Of a stretch of 64,000 bases of DNA, positions 1-9,485 are shown piece after piece. Source of the stretch: Alphaproteobacteria bacterium (GTDB lineage: Bacteria; Pseudomonadota; Alphaproteobacteria; SHVR01); assembly GCA_009694185.1 (NCBI GenBank), contig SHVR01000008.1, positions 2,350 to 66,349 on the forward strand, read 5' to 3'. The notes under the pieces were generated by a model, which saw only the letters and a list, made by a program, of their open reading frames with translations, was not told the origin of the DNA and ran no database searches. The position numbers were made by a program, and so were the translations under genes. Within the stretch, counting starts at the first letter, position 1, and the number at the start of each line of letters is the position of its first letter.

Positions 1-576
1 TCGTCCAATACGGTGGCGGCCGCGGCCGCCGTCGGCACCGGCATCGGGCCGAGCCATGTCGGCTATGTGCTGGGCATCGCCAAGGCCTATTCGACGCGGG
101 TTGGCGCCGGGCCGTTTCCGACCGAGCTGCATGACGCGGTCGGCCAGGGCCTGGGCGAGCGCGGCCGGGAATTCGGCACCGTGACCGGAAGGCGGCGGCG
201 CTGTGGCTGGTTCGACGCGGTGCTCGTCCGTCAGGCGATCCGGGTCGGCGGCATCGACGGCATCGCGCTGACCAAGCTCGACGTTCTCGACGGCCTCGAC
301 GAGATCAAGGTCTGTGTCGGCTACCGGGTGGGTACGCGGCAGTTCGATCGCATGCCGGCTTCGCCCAAGCTGCAAGCGGCGATCGAACCGGTCTACGAGA
401 CCTTGGAGGGCTGGCCGGAGAGCACGCGCGGCAAACGCTCATGGGGCGCTCTGCCGGCAACCGCCATCAAATATGTCCGCCGGGTGGAGGAGCTGATCGG
501 CGCACCCGTGGCGCTGCTCTCCACCAGCCCGGAGCGCGAGGACACCATCATGGTCCGCGATCCGTTCGCGGATTGA
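1..576 (+). CDS. purA: adenylosuccinate synthetase, C-terminal part (5' end lies outside the window)
   Basis: ORF 13..576 contains [19 protein letters not shown] and [18 protein letters not shown], which are typical PurA motifs. The frame is open to the window edge. Confidence 0.9.
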   Translation, partial: SSNTVAAAAAVGTGIGPSHVGYVLGIAKAYSTRVGAGPFPTELHDAVGQGLGERGREFGTVTGRRRRCGWFDAVLVRQAIRVGGIDGIALTKLDVLDGLDEIKVCVGYRVGTRQFDRMPASPKLQAAIEPVYETLEGWPESTRGKRSWGALPATAIKYVRRVEELIGAPVALLSTSPEREDTIMVRDPFAD

Positions 577-582
577 TCGGCG

Positions 583-1542
583 CTATTCGGCCGGTGCCGC
601 CGACGGCTTTGCCGGCCCCGTTGCCCTGGCGCCATGCCGGCTCCACCAGGCGAGGATCTCGCCCACCACGCCGCGGCGGAACAGCAGCACCATGATGACG
701 AAGATCACGCCCTGGATCACCAGCACCCACTCGCCGGTCTCGGCCAGATAATTCTGCATGGTGACGATGACGAAGGCGCCGACCACCGGCCCCGCCACCG
801 TGCCGATGCCGCCAATGAGGCTCATCAGAACCACCTCGCCCGACATTTGCCATTGCACGTCGGTCAGCGAGGCGAGGCCGAACACGATCGCCTTGGTGCC
901 GCCCGCGAGCCCGGCCAGCGTCGCCGACAGGATGAAGGCCAAGAGCTTGTAGCGGTCAACGTCGTAGCCGAGCGAGATGGCGCGCGGCTCGTTCTCGCGA
1001 ATGGCCTTGAGGACCTGGCCGAAGGGCGAATAGATCGTCCGATAGATCAAGAGGAAGCCAGCGATACAGATGGCGAGGACGAAGAAATACAGGGTCACAT
1101 TGTCGGCGATCGAAATGAAACCCAAGAGCGGCCGGCGCGGCACGCTCTGGATGCCGTCCTCGCCGCCGGTGAAGGGCGCTTGGAGGGCAAAAAAATACAC
1201 CATCTGCGCCAACGCCAGGGTCACCATGGCGAAATAGATGCCCTGGCGGCGAATGGCGAGCGCCCCGAACACCGTGCCCATGACCATGGCGGCGCCCGCG
1301 CCGGCCAGGATGCCGATCTCGGTCGGCCAGCCCCAGACCTTCACCGCATGGGCGGTGACGTAGGAGGCGCCGCCGAAGAAGCAGGCATGGCCGAACGACA
1401 AGAGGCCGACATAGCCGACCAGCAGGTTGAAGGCGCAGGCGAAGAGGGCGAAGCAGAGCGCCTTCATCAGGAACACCGGATAGACTACGAAGGGTGCCGC
1501 GAGGGCGAGGACCAGGACCGCCAGGATGGCGAGGATTTTCAC
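583..1542 (-). CDS. branched-chain amino acid ABC transporter permease (LivM-type)
   Basis: 319-aa polytopic membrane protein. It lies in a five-gene Liv-like operon and has an LVGYVGLLSFGHA motif. Confidence 0.85.
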   Translation of the reverse strand: MKILAILAVLVLALAAPFVVYPVFLMKALCFALFACAFNLLVGYVGLLSFGHACFFGGASYVTAHAVKVWGWPTEIGILAGAGAAMVMGTVFGALAIRRQGIYFAMVTLALAQMVYFFALQAPFTGGEDGIQSVPRRPLLGFISIADNVTLYFFVLAICIAGFLLIYRTIYSPFGQVLKAIRENEPRAISLGYDVDRYKLLAFILSATLAGLAGGTKAIVFGLASLTDVQWQMSGEVVLMSLIGGIGTVAGPVVGAFVIVTMQNYLAETGEWVLVIQGVIFVIMVLLFRRGVVGEILAWWSRHGARATGPAKPSAAPAE

Positions 1543-1553
1543 GGGCTCGCCTC

Positions 1554-2444
1554 TCAGCGTGTCCGGCCGAAGAGCCCGGCCGGCTTGATCAACAGGACGA
1601 TCGCCATGATCACGAAAATCACCGTGTTGGATGCCTCGGGATAGAACACCTTGGTCAGGCCCTCGACCACGCCCAAGGCGAACCCGGTGACGATCGAGCC
1701 CATGATCGAGCCCATGCCGCCGATCACCACGACGGCGAACACCACCACCATCAGGTTGGAACCCATCAGCGGGTTGACCTGCTGGATGGGTGCGGCCATC
1801 ACGCCGGCCAGCGCGGCCAGACCCACACCGAAGCCATAGGTCAGCATGATCATGCGTGGCACGTTGATGCCGAAGGCGCGCACGAGCTGGGGATTTTCGG
1901 TCGCGGCGCGCAGATAGGCGCCAAGCTTGGTCCGCTCGATCACGAACCAGGTACCGAGGCAGAAGATGAGCGAGCCCACCACCACCCAGGCGCGATAGTT
2001 GGGGAGAAACATGAAGCCCAGATTCTGGCTGCCCTTGAGCGCGTCCGGGATGGCGTAGGGTTGTCCCGACGAGCCGTATTGGTGTCGGAACAGCCCCTCG
2101 ATGATGAGGGCGAGGCCGAAGGTGAGCAGCAGGCCGTAGAGATGGTCGAGATGATAGAGGCGTTTGAGGAGTAGCTGCTCGAGGATGATGCCGGAGGCGC
2201 CGACCACGATGGGGGCCAGAACCAGTGCCAGCCAGTAGTTGACACCCAGATATTTGAGGCCGAGCCAGGCCACGAACGCCCCCATCATATATTGGGCGCC
2301 ATGGGTGAAGTTGATGACGTTCATCAGCCCGAAGATCACCGCGAGCCCGAGACTGAGCATGGCATAGAAGGCGCCGTTGATCAGCCCAAGCAAGAGCTGA
2401 CCGAACAGCGCCTGGGGCGGCACGCCGAGCAGTTCGAAGATCAC
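1554..2444 (-). CDS. branched-chain amino acid ABC transporter permease (LivH-type)
   Basis: 296-aa hydrophobic protein with INGAFYAMLSLGLAVIFG near the N-terminus. Adjacent to the LivM-type gene. Confidence 0.85.
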   Translation of the reverse strand: MIFELLGVPPQALFGQLLLGLINGAFYAMLSLGLAVIFGLMNVINFTHGAQYMMGAFVAWLGLKYLGVNYWLALVLAPIVVGASGIILEQLLLKRLYHLDHLYGLLLTFGLALIIEGLFRHQYGSSGQPYAIPDALKGSQNLGFMFLPNYRAWVVVGSLIFCLGTWFVIERTKLGAYLRAATENPQLVRAFGINVPRMIMLTYGFGVGLAALAGVMAAPIQQVNPLMGSNLMVVVFAVVVIGGMGSIMGSIVTGFALGVVEGLTKVFYPEASNTVIFVIMAIVLLIKPAGLFGRTR

Positions 2445-2474
2445 GTCCCGCCCCTCAAATACCCCGACGTGGCG

Positions 2475-3704
2475 TCAGCTCTTCTTGGCGAACGGGCAGT
2501 TGCCCTGTTCGATCGGCCGGAACGCCTCGGCCGCCGGAATCGTGCGCACCAGCTTGTAATAGTCCCAGGGGCCCTTGGACTCGGCGGGCTTCTTCACCTG
2601 GAAGAGGTACATGTCGCGGATCGTCCGCCCGTCCTCGCGCACCCGGCCGCCCTTGGTGAAGAAGTCGTCGACCGGCAGCTCTTTCATCTTGGCGGCGACC
2701 GCCTTGGCCTCGTCGGTGCCGGCCGCCTGGATCGCCTTCAGATAGTGGGTCACCGCGCCGTAGACGCCGGCATGGATCATGTTTGGGTGCTGCTTGTGGC
2801 GCTGGGTGAAGCGCTTGGTCCAGGCGCGGGTCTCATCGGTCAGATCCCAGTAGAATGCCTCGGTCAGCATCAGGCCCTGGGCCACATCGAGGCCGAGGGC
2901 ATGCACGTCGTTCAGGAACACCAGGAGGCCGGCCAAATTCTGGCCGCCCTTGACGATGCCGAACTCGGCCGCCTGCTTGATCGAGTTGGTGGTGTCGGTG
3001 CCGGCATTGGCGAGGCCGATGATCTTCGCCTTGGACGCCTGGGCTTGCAGCAGGAAGGACGAGAAGTCGGACGAGTTCAGCGGATGGCGCACGACGCCCA
3101 GCACCTTGCCGCCATTGGCCTTCACCACGTCGGTGGTATCCTTCTCGAGCGCATGGCCGAAAGCGTAGTCCGCCGTCAGGAAGAACCAGCTATCGCCGCC
3201 GGCCAGCACCGTCGCCTTGCCGGTACCATTCGCCAAAGCCCAAGTGTCGTAGGTCCAGTGGATGCCGGTCGGCGAGCATTTGTCGCTCGTCAAGGCGGAG
3301 GAGGCGGCGCCAGAGATCAGCAGCATGCGGTTCTTGTTCTTGGTGATCTCCTGGACCGCGAGTGCCACGGACGAGGTCGGCACATCGGCGATCGCATCCA
3401 CCTTTTCCACGTCGATCCAGCGGTTGGCGACCGTCGAGCCCACATCGGGCTTGTTCTGATGGTCGGCGAAGACGATTTCGATCGGCTTGCCGAGCACCTT
3501 GCCGCCGAAATCCTCGGCCGCCAGCCTGGCGGCGATGACCGAGCCCTGGCCGGTTAAATCGGCGTAGAGGCTCGCCTGGTCGTTGAGCACGCCGATTTTC
3601 ACCACGTCGTCCGATATCTGGGCCTGGGCATTACCCAGCGTCGCGCCCAGGGCCACAAGGCTTGCCAGGGTCAGTTTGAGCCACATTGCTAAGGTCCTCC
3701 TCAT
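2475..3704 (-). CDS. ABC transporter substrate-binding protein (LivK/amide-urea type periplasmic binding protein)
   Basis: 409 aa with an N-terminal signal peptide (LASLVALGATLGNAQA). Lies between the permease and ATPase genes. The start could instead be the second Met at 3686. Confidence 0.85.
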   Translation of the reverse strand: MRRTLAMWLKLTLASLVALGATLGNAQAQISDDVVKIGVLNDQASLYADLTGQGSVIAARLAAEDFGGKVLGKPIEIVFADHQNKPDVGSTVANRWIDVEKVDAIADVPTSSVALAVQEITKNKNRMLLISGAASSALTSDKCSPTGIHWTYDTWALANGTGKATVLAGGDSWFFLTADYAFGHALEKDTTDVVKANGGKVLGVVRHPLNSSDFSSFLLQAQASKAKIIGLANAGTDTTNSIKQAAEFGIVKGGQNLAGLLVFLNDVHALGLDVAQGLMLTEAFYWDLTDETRAWTKRFTQRHKQHPNMIHAGVYGAVTHYLKAIQAAGTDEAKAVAAKMKELPVDDFFTKGGRVREDGRTIRDMYLFQVKKPAESKGPWDYYKLVRTIPAAEAFRPIEQGNCPFAKKS

Positions 3705-3717
3705 TTTGAGTCGGCAA

Positions 3718-4440
3718 TTAGACGCCGAGAAAATTATGCAGTTTTTCCATGTTCGCCGGTATGTCTTCGGTGCGCAGCATGTCCACGACGCGGCCGTCCT
3801 CCATGATGTAGTGGCGATCGGCGACGGTGGCCGCGAAGCGGAAATTCTGTTCGACCAGGAGGACGGTGAAGCCGCGCGCCTTGAGGTCGCGGATCACGTC
3901 GCCGATTTTCTGGACGATGACCGGGGCGAGACCCTCGGTCGGCTCGTCGAGCAGGAGGAGCGTGGCACCCGTGCGCAAGATGCGCCCGATGGCCAGCATT
4001 TGTTGTTCGCCGCCCGAGAGCTTGGTGCCCTGGCTCCGGCGGCGCTCGGCCAGGTTGGGAAACAGCGTATAGATCTCGGCGAGCGTCATGCCGCCGGGCC
4101 GCACCACCGGCGGCAGCAGCATGTTCTCCTCGACGCTCAGGCTCGCGAAGATGCCGCGTTCCTCGGGGCAGATCGCAATGCCCAGGCGGGCGATGACGTT
4201 GGAGGCGAGGGCGATGATTTCCTTGCCGTCATAGCGGACCGAGCCGGTGCGCCGGGCGACCATGCCCATGATCGACTTGAGGGTTGTCGTCTTGCCGGCG
4301 CCGTTGCGGCCCAAAAGCGTGACCACTTCCCCCTCGGCCACCTCGATGGTCACACCATGCAGGACATGGGACTCGCCATAGAAGGCTTCCAGATTGTCGA
4401 CCTTAAGCAAGTCCCTTCCCATCCGGGGCGTGTCACGCAT
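3718..4440 (-). CDS. ABC transporter ATP-binding protein (LivF-type)
   Basis: Walker A GRNGAGKTT, signature LSGGEQQ and Walker B LLLLDEP. I chose the start at the Met preceded by GGGGA, which overlaps the upstream stop by 8 nt. Confidence 0.85.
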   Translation of the reverse strand: MRDTPRMGRDLLKVDNLEAFYGESHVLHGVTIEVAEGEVVTLLGRNGAGKTTTLKSIMGMVARRTGSVRYDGKEIIALASNVIARLGIAICPEERGIFASLSVEENMLLPPVVRPGGMTLAEIYTLFPNLAERRRSQGTKLSGGEQQMLAIGRILRTGATLLLLDEPTEGLAPVIVQKIGDVIRDLKARGFTVLLVEQNFRFAATVADRHYIMEDGRVVDMLRTEDIPANMEKLHNFLGV

Positions 4441-5188
4441 GGCCGGTCCCCACATAGGCTTCGATGACCTGCGGGTTCTTGGACACGGTGGTGTAGGGGC
4501 CTTCGGCCAAGATCTCGCCGCGTTGAAGGACGGTGATGCTATCCGAGATATCGGCGACGACGCTCATATTGTGCTCGACCATCAGCACGGTGCGGTTTTT
4601 GGCGACGCGGCGCACCAGATCGCTGATCCGGCCGATATCCTCGTGGGCGAGGCCGGACATGGGCTCGTCGAGCAGCAGCATCTCGGGCTCGAGGGCGAGG
4701 GTGGTCGCGATCTCGAGCGCGCGCTTGCGGCCATAGGCGAGCTCGCCTGCCTGCACCTCGGCAAAGCTGGCGATGCCGACCGACTCCAGCAGCTCGTCGG
4801 CGCGGCCATTCAAACGGTCAAGGTCCGACTCCGGCCGCCAGAAATGGAAGGAATTGCCGAGCTTGCGTTGCAGCGCCACGCGCACATTCTCGCGCACGGT
4901 AAGATGGGGAAAGACCGCGGATATCTGGAACGAGCGCACGAGGCCGCTCCGCGCGATGGCGGCGGGCCGGGCCGCCGTGATGTCGCGGCCGTTATAGGCG
5001 ATGCGCCCCTGGGTTGGTTGGAGGAATTTGGTCAGCAGATTGAAGACGGTCGTCTTGCCGGCGCCGTTCGGGCCGATGAGCGCGTGGATGGTATGCCGGC
5101 GGACCTTCAGGGAAACTTCGCGGACAGCCACGAAACCCTTGAATTCCTTGGTCAACCCACTGGTCTCTAGGATCGTGTCGTCGGCCAT
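4433..5188 (-). CDS. ABC transporter ATP-binding protein (LivG-type)
   Basis: Walker A GPNGAGKTT, LAYGRKRALE and LLLLDEP. The start is set at MADDTILETSGL. The longer ORF to 5308 looks like a spurious extension. Confidence 0.85.
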   Translation of the reverse strand: MADDTILETSGLTKEFKGFVAVREVSLKVRRHTIHALIGPNGAGKTTVFNLLTKFLQPTQGRIAYNGRDITAARPAAIARSGLVRSFQISAVFPHLTVRENVRVALQRKLGNSFHFWRPESDLDRLNGRADELLESVGIASFAEVQAGELAYGRKRALEIATTLALEPEMLLLDEPMSGLAHEDIGRISDLVRRVAKNRTVLMVEHNMSVVADISDSITVLQRGEILAEGPYTTVSKNPQVIEAYVGTGHA

Positions 5189-5369
5189 TCCCGTGCCTGT
5201 GCGGTCGCGCCCGCCCGGCCCTGCCGATACCGTCAATCGGCGAGCCGGGTTTTTGTTGCGTCGAGCGGCTGAAACTAGCGATGTTCCGCCAGGTTTATCA
5301 AGTGGCACCGGAATTTGGGCGAGAGGGGGCGGAGATGGCGGATGGATTGCTGGCGGGCGAGACGGCCTT

Positions 5370-5605
5370 GGTGACGGGCGGCTCGAGATGATCTGCGTCG
5401 ATGGCGGCTCGGGCTTGCTCGCCAGCTTGCCGACGGCTTATCCCGGCATTGCCGTGCGGCGCTGCTGGGCGCACAAGATCAGGAACGTCCTCAACAAGGT
5501 ACGCAAGACCGACCACCCGGCCGTCAAGGCCGGCCTCCACGCCATCATGAATGCCGCGACCCGTCGCAAGGCCCAAGTCGCCGCGCGCCGCTTCGCCGGC
5601 AGGGT
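5370..5605 (+). pseudogene. IS256/mutator-family transposase fragment (about 80 internal residues only)
   Basis: ORF 5001..5711 reads LEMICVDGGSGLLASLPTAYPGIAVRRCWAHKIRNVLNKVRKTDHPAVKAGLHAIMNAATRRKAQVAARRFA. This resembles the DDE-core signature of IS256-type transposases, and the flanking sequence is unrelated. Confidence 0.6.
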
Positions 5606-5665
5606 GGTATACTCCGGTCTCGCCTTGCATGATGGGGTGTCATCCGGCGTAACGGAGCAAGCAGC

Positions 5666-6511
5666 ATGCGGCGGCGGCGGTTCGGCTACATTCGAGGTGA
5701 AGTCGCGCTGATCGGCCAGGGCACCTGGTATCTCGAGAAGGCCGATCGCGCGTCCGCGATCGCCGCTCTCCGCCGGGGGCTCGATCTCGGGATGACCCAT
5801 ATCGACACGGCGGAGCTGTACGGCTCCGGCGCCGCCGAGGCCATTGTCGGCGAGGCCATTGTCGGGCGGCGCGACGAGGTTTTCCTCGTTTCCAAGGTGC
5901 TGCCGCAAAACGCGTCCCGAACCGAGACCAAGGCGGCTTGCGAGCGATCGCTCCGCCACCTCAAAACCGACCGGCTGGACTGCTATCTGCTGCATTGGCG
6001 CGGGCCATATGCCCTGGCAGAGACCATTGCCGCCTTCGATGAGCTCGAACGCGAAGGCAAGATCCTGTCATTCGGTGTCAGCAATTTCGATGTCGCCGAT
6101 CTGGAAGAGGCATGGGCGATCGCCGGGAAAGGCCGGATCGCCTGCAACCAGGTTCTTTATCATTTGGAGCAGCGCGCGATCGAACATGCGGTGATCCCCT
6201 GGTGCGAGAAGCACAATGTGGCGGTTGTCGGCTACAGCCCCTTCGGTCACCGGGCTTTTCCGGGCCCGCGCACGGCCGGTGGCCGCGTGCTCGCCGACAT
6301 CGCCCGAGCGCTGGATGCAACGCCCCGCCAGGTGGCGCTCGCCTTTCTCGTGCGACTTTCGCCGCTGTTCGCCATACCGAAGGCAGCGAATGCCGAGCAC
6401 ACCGCGGAGAACGCGCGCGCGGGATCGCCGGGTCTATCGGATGCCGACGTTGCCCGCATCGACGCCGCATTCCCCCGTGGCCCCCGCCCGCGCTCGCTGC
6501 CGCTGCTGTAA
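5666..6511 (+). CDS. aldo/keto reductase
   Basis: 281 aa with LIGQGTW, GMTHIDTAELYG, LDCYLLHW and GVSNF motifs of the AKR family. Confidence 0.85.
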   Translation: MRRRRFGYIRGEVALIGQGTWYLEKADRASAIAALRRGLDLGMTHIDTAELYGSGAAEAIVGEAIVGRRDEVFLVSKVLPQNASRTETKAACERSLRHLKTDRLDCYLLHWRGPYALAETIAAFDELEREGKILSFGVSNFDVADLEEAWAIAGKGRIACNQVLYHLEQRAIEHAVIPWCEKHNVAVVGYSPFGHRAFPGPRTAGGRVLADIARALDATPRQVALAFLVRLSPLFAIPKAANAEHTAENARAGSPGLSDADVARIDAAFPRGPRPRSLPLL

Positions 6512-6527
6512 TATCTGGATTCCGCGC

Positions 6528-7004
6528 TCAATATTCGAAGATCAAGCAGGTCGTCGTGCCATGCGCGAGAATGCGGCCGTTCTTGTCCGTTAACTTTCCT
6601 TCGGCCGTGCCGATACGCCGCCCACAGGAAATGACCGTGCCCTCGGCCTTCACCAGGCCAGTCTCAGGGGTGACAGGCCGGACAAGAGAAATCTTGAACT
6701 CGAGCGTCGTTTGCGCGAAGCCCTTGTCCAACATGGACTGCACCGCGAGCCCCATGCAGCTATCGAGCAATGTTGCGGCAAGGCCTCCGTGAACGGTGCC
6801 GGCGGGGTTGAGGTGCCCCGCATGAGGCTCGGCGGCGGCAACGACGCGGCCCTTGGAAACCTCGACAATGTCATAGCCAAGGGTTTCCGCCATCGTGTTC
6901 AAGGGCAGGGTGCCATCGACGAGCGCCTGAACAAATTCGAGACCGCTCATGGCTCGTTTCCGGTCGTCATCGATGACGCCAAAGCGCTTCCCAACAGAAG
7001 CCAT
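6528..7004 (-). CDS. PaaI-family (hotdog fold) thioesterase
   Basis: Contains RFGVI...MSGLEFVQALVDGTLP...NPAGTVHGGLAATLLDSCMG, typical of PaaI thioesterases. I set the start at MASVGKRFG rather than at the longer ORF start 7127. Confidence 0.75.
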   Translation of the reverse strand: MASVGKRFGVIDDDRKRAMSGLEFVQALVDGTLPLNTMAETLGYDIVEVSKGRVVAAAEPHAGHLNPAGTVHGGLAATLLDSCMGLAVQSMLDKGFAQTTLEFKISLVRPVTPETGLVKAEGTVISCGRRIGTAEGKLTDKNGRILAHGTTTCLIFEY

Positions 7005-7092
7005 GAATGGCACTCCTACGTCGCTCAGGGCACCGCGCGCATGGTGTCGGGCGATTTCCCCCAGGGCCAAGCACGCTGCCACGAGTACCGAA

Positions 7093-7821
7093 TTATCGGC
7101 GGATAGACAAATCCAATTCCGCGGCAAGGACGCGCTCGCCGGTCCGGGTCACGTTCACGGCGCGTGTGCCATCGAGCCGCCGCACCCAGCCCCGCGCAAG
7201 GCAGCAACGGCAAATGGCAGCACCGACGAACCCCGCGATATGCGGGCGGCGCTCGCTCCAATCGAGGCAGGGACGACAAAACACCCGACCGCCGCGTCGT
7301 CCGCCGGCATCCCTCATGCCCTCATCCAAATCGACGCCGAGACGGCTTAGGAACCTGGCGCCTTCGGCGGTCAGCGCACCGCCGTCGGACGATAAGAGGA
7401 TATAATTGGCCGCCACCAATTTGTCGGCGATTTGTACGGCAAGCCAGCCGGCCAGATGGTCGTAACAGGTGCGGGCCCGGCGAAGTGCCGCGTCGCGCGG
7501 CCCGACCCGGACGACCTGGCGCGGGGATCGGTCGATCTCTCCCCGCCCCGCCGCGACCGCCATGATACTTTCGAGCATGTGCGCGACAGCGGTCGATGCA
7601 ATGCGATGATAGCGGTGCCGCCCCTGCTTCTCGACCGCGAGTAACCGGCCCTCCGTCAGACGCGCCAGATGCCCGCCGGCGGTTTGCGGAGTGATCCCGG
7701 CGGCCTGTGCCAATTCCTTCGCGGTCAAAGCCCGCCCATCCATCAGACCCACCAGCATATTGGCGCGCGCCGGATCACCGACGAGCGTCGCGGCTTCGGC
7801 GAATGCCGATGTACTCACCAT
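7093..7821 (-). CDS. ArsR-family winged-helix transcriptional regulator with C-terminal extension
   Basis: Reads LVGDPARANMLVGLMDGRALTAKELAQAAGITPQTAGGHLARLTEGRLL...GRHRYHRI, followed by a Cys-rich C-terminal domain (CRPCLDWSERRPHIAG). Confidence 0.75.
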   Translation of the reverse strand: MVSTSAFAEAATLVGDPARANMLVGLMDGRALTAKELAQAAGITPQTAGGHLARLTEGRLLAVEKQGRHRYHRIASTAVAHMLESIMAVAAGRGEIDRSPRQVVRVGPRDAALRRARTCYDHLAGWLAVQIADKLVAANYILLSSDGGALTAEGARFLSRLGVDLDEGMRDAGGRRGGRVFCRPCLDWSERRPHIAGFVGAAICRCCLARGWVRRLDGTRAVNVTRTGERVLAAELDLSIRR

Positions 7822-7946
7822 CGCGAGTTCGCTCCCGGCGCATGAAGCACTGTCAGCGATTATCCCTCGCCCGCGACCGGGCATGTTTCGGCGGGGGCCG
7901 AAGCATCAGCCGCGATCCTCATAGTAGTTAAAGAACAGCGTTCGGA

Positions 7947-8180
7947 GTGGATGACATGGCGCGCCTCGGTCTCCGGACGAGCCTGACACCATGGGACATT
8001 GCCGCACTCCGGTTCGGCGTCGGCGGACAGCTCTTGCTCCCCTACCTGTTGCGGAAGGGGCTGGCGATCGAGCGCCTCGGTTGGATCGGCCTGGCTGCCC
8101 TCGTGCTCGGGTGCGGCGCGCCCATGGTGTTGCTGGTGAACGCCGGCTTGATGTTCGCACCGGCGATCCCGCCACGCGGT
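7947..8180 (+). pseudogene. EamA/DMT-family transporter fragment (about 75 internal residues)
   Basis: LTPWDIAALRFGVGGQLLLPYLLRKGL...LGWIGLAALVLGCGAPMVLLVNAGLMFAPA resembles the first EamA repeat. There are stop codons upstream, and the frame runs into the CoA-transferase gene. Confidence 0.5.
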
Positions 8181-8258
8181 CGAATAAACGCCCGGCTTGC
8201 CGTGGCCGGACGGGCGGGCGAGGATGCGGCACGCAAGCATAGAACAGAGGAAACATTC

Positions 8259-9485
8259 ATGGCGGGACCGCTGGTTGGCGTCCGCGTTGTCGATCTGACG
8301 ACCGTGCTGTTCGGGCCCTATTGCACCCAGATCATGGCCGAAATGGGGGCGGACGTGATCAAGGTGGAGCCGCCGGGAGGCGACATCGGCCGCCAGGTCG
8401 GCCCCGCCCGCCATCCGGGCATGGCGGCGGGGCACCTGGTGCGCGCGCGCGGCAAGCGGAGTCTGGTGCTCGACCTGACCAAGTCCCCCGCCCATGACGT
8501 GCTCGGCCGGCTGACCGCCACGGCCGACGTGTTCATCCACAATATGCGGCCCCAGGCGGCGGACAAGCTCGGCATCGCCTATGAGCGGATCGTTCCGCAC
8601 AAGGCGGACATCGTCTATTGCGCGGCCGTGGGCTATGGCCGTGACGGCCCCTATGCCAGGAAGCCCGCCTATGACGATCTCATCCAGGGAGTCTCGGGCT
8701 TCGCCCATCTGATGGAGGGTCTGACCGGCGAGCCGCGCTACGCGCCGAGCGTGATTGCCGACAAGGTGAGCGGCCTGACCGCCCTCTACACCATCATGAT
8801 GGCGCTCTTCCACCGGGCGCGTACCGGCGAGGGCCAGGCGGTGGACGTCGCCATGTTCGAGAGCTTTACCAGTTTTGTCCTGATCGAACATATGCAGGGC
8901 CATATTTTCGATCCGCCCATGGGGCCGCCGGGCTATAGCCGCCTCCTCACACCCGACCGCCGGCCCTATCCGACCGCCGATGGCTATGTCTGCGTACTGC
9001 CCTATAGCGACCGCCACTGGCAGCGCTTCTTCGAGATTGTCGGCCGGCCCGACCTGGCGGCCGACCCGCGCTTTCGGACGGTGGCGAACCGCACGAACCA
9101 TATTGCCGAGCTCTACCGCAATGTCGGCGAAGAGATGGCCAAGCGAACCACGGCGGAATGGCTCGGGGCGTTCGATCGGGCGGATGTTGCCGCCATGCCG
9201 ATGAACCGGCTCGAGGACCTCTTCACCGACCCGCATCTCCAGGCGACCGGCTTCTTCGAGACGATGGACCATCCGAGCGAGGGCGCCATCCGCTACCCGC
9301 GCGCCGGCCCGGTCTTCTCCAAGACCAAGCCGGACCAGGCGTCGCCGGCACCCCTGCTAGGCGAGCATAGCGTGCCGCTGCTCAGGGAACTCGGCTTCGG
9401 TGCCGCCGACATTCGGGGATTGGTCCAGTCGGGCGTCACCCATGACGGGCGTGACGACGCTCCCGCGGCCGCCGCCCTGTCGTGA
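8259..9485 (+). CDS. CaiB/BaiF family (class III) CoA transferase
   Basis: MAGPLVGVRVVDLTTVLFGPYCTQIMAEMGADVIKVEPPGGD is a typical family III CoA-transferase N-terminus. An AGAGGA Shine-Dalgarno lies upstream of the ATG at 8259. Length is 408 aa. Confidence 0.85.
   Translation: MAGPLVGVRVVDLTTVLFGPYCTQIMAEMGADVIKVEPPGGDIGRQVGPARHPGMAAGHLVRARGKRSLVLDLTKSPAHDVLGRLTATADVFIHNMRPQAADKLGIAYERIVPHKADIVYCAAVGYGRDGPYARKPAYDDLIQGVSGFAHLMEGLTGEPRYAPSVIADKVSGLTALYTIMMALFHRARTGEGQAVDVAMFESFTSFVLIEHMQGHIFDPPMGPPGYSRLLTPDRRPYPTADGYVCVLPYSDRHWQRFFEIVGRPDLAADPRFRTVANRTNHIAELYRNVGEEMAKRTTAEWLGAFDRADVAAMPMNRLEDLFTDPHLQATGFFETMDHPSEGAIRYPRAGPVFSKTKPDQASPAPLLGEHSVPLLRELGFGAADIRGLVQSGVTHDGRDDAPAAAALS

Noticed and set aside
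7860-9272. Long antisense ORFs opposite well-supported genes. Examples: 7860..9272(-), 10776..12026(-), 14376..16220(+), 2292..3557(+), 21738..23051(+), 40636..41847(-), 59905..61650(-) and 61997..63886(-).
   Set aside because: Each mirrors a gene with clear family motifs on the other strand. Their translations are Arg/Gly/Asp/His/Pro-rich and low in complexity, with no recognisable motifs. This is typical of shadow frames in high-GC DNA.
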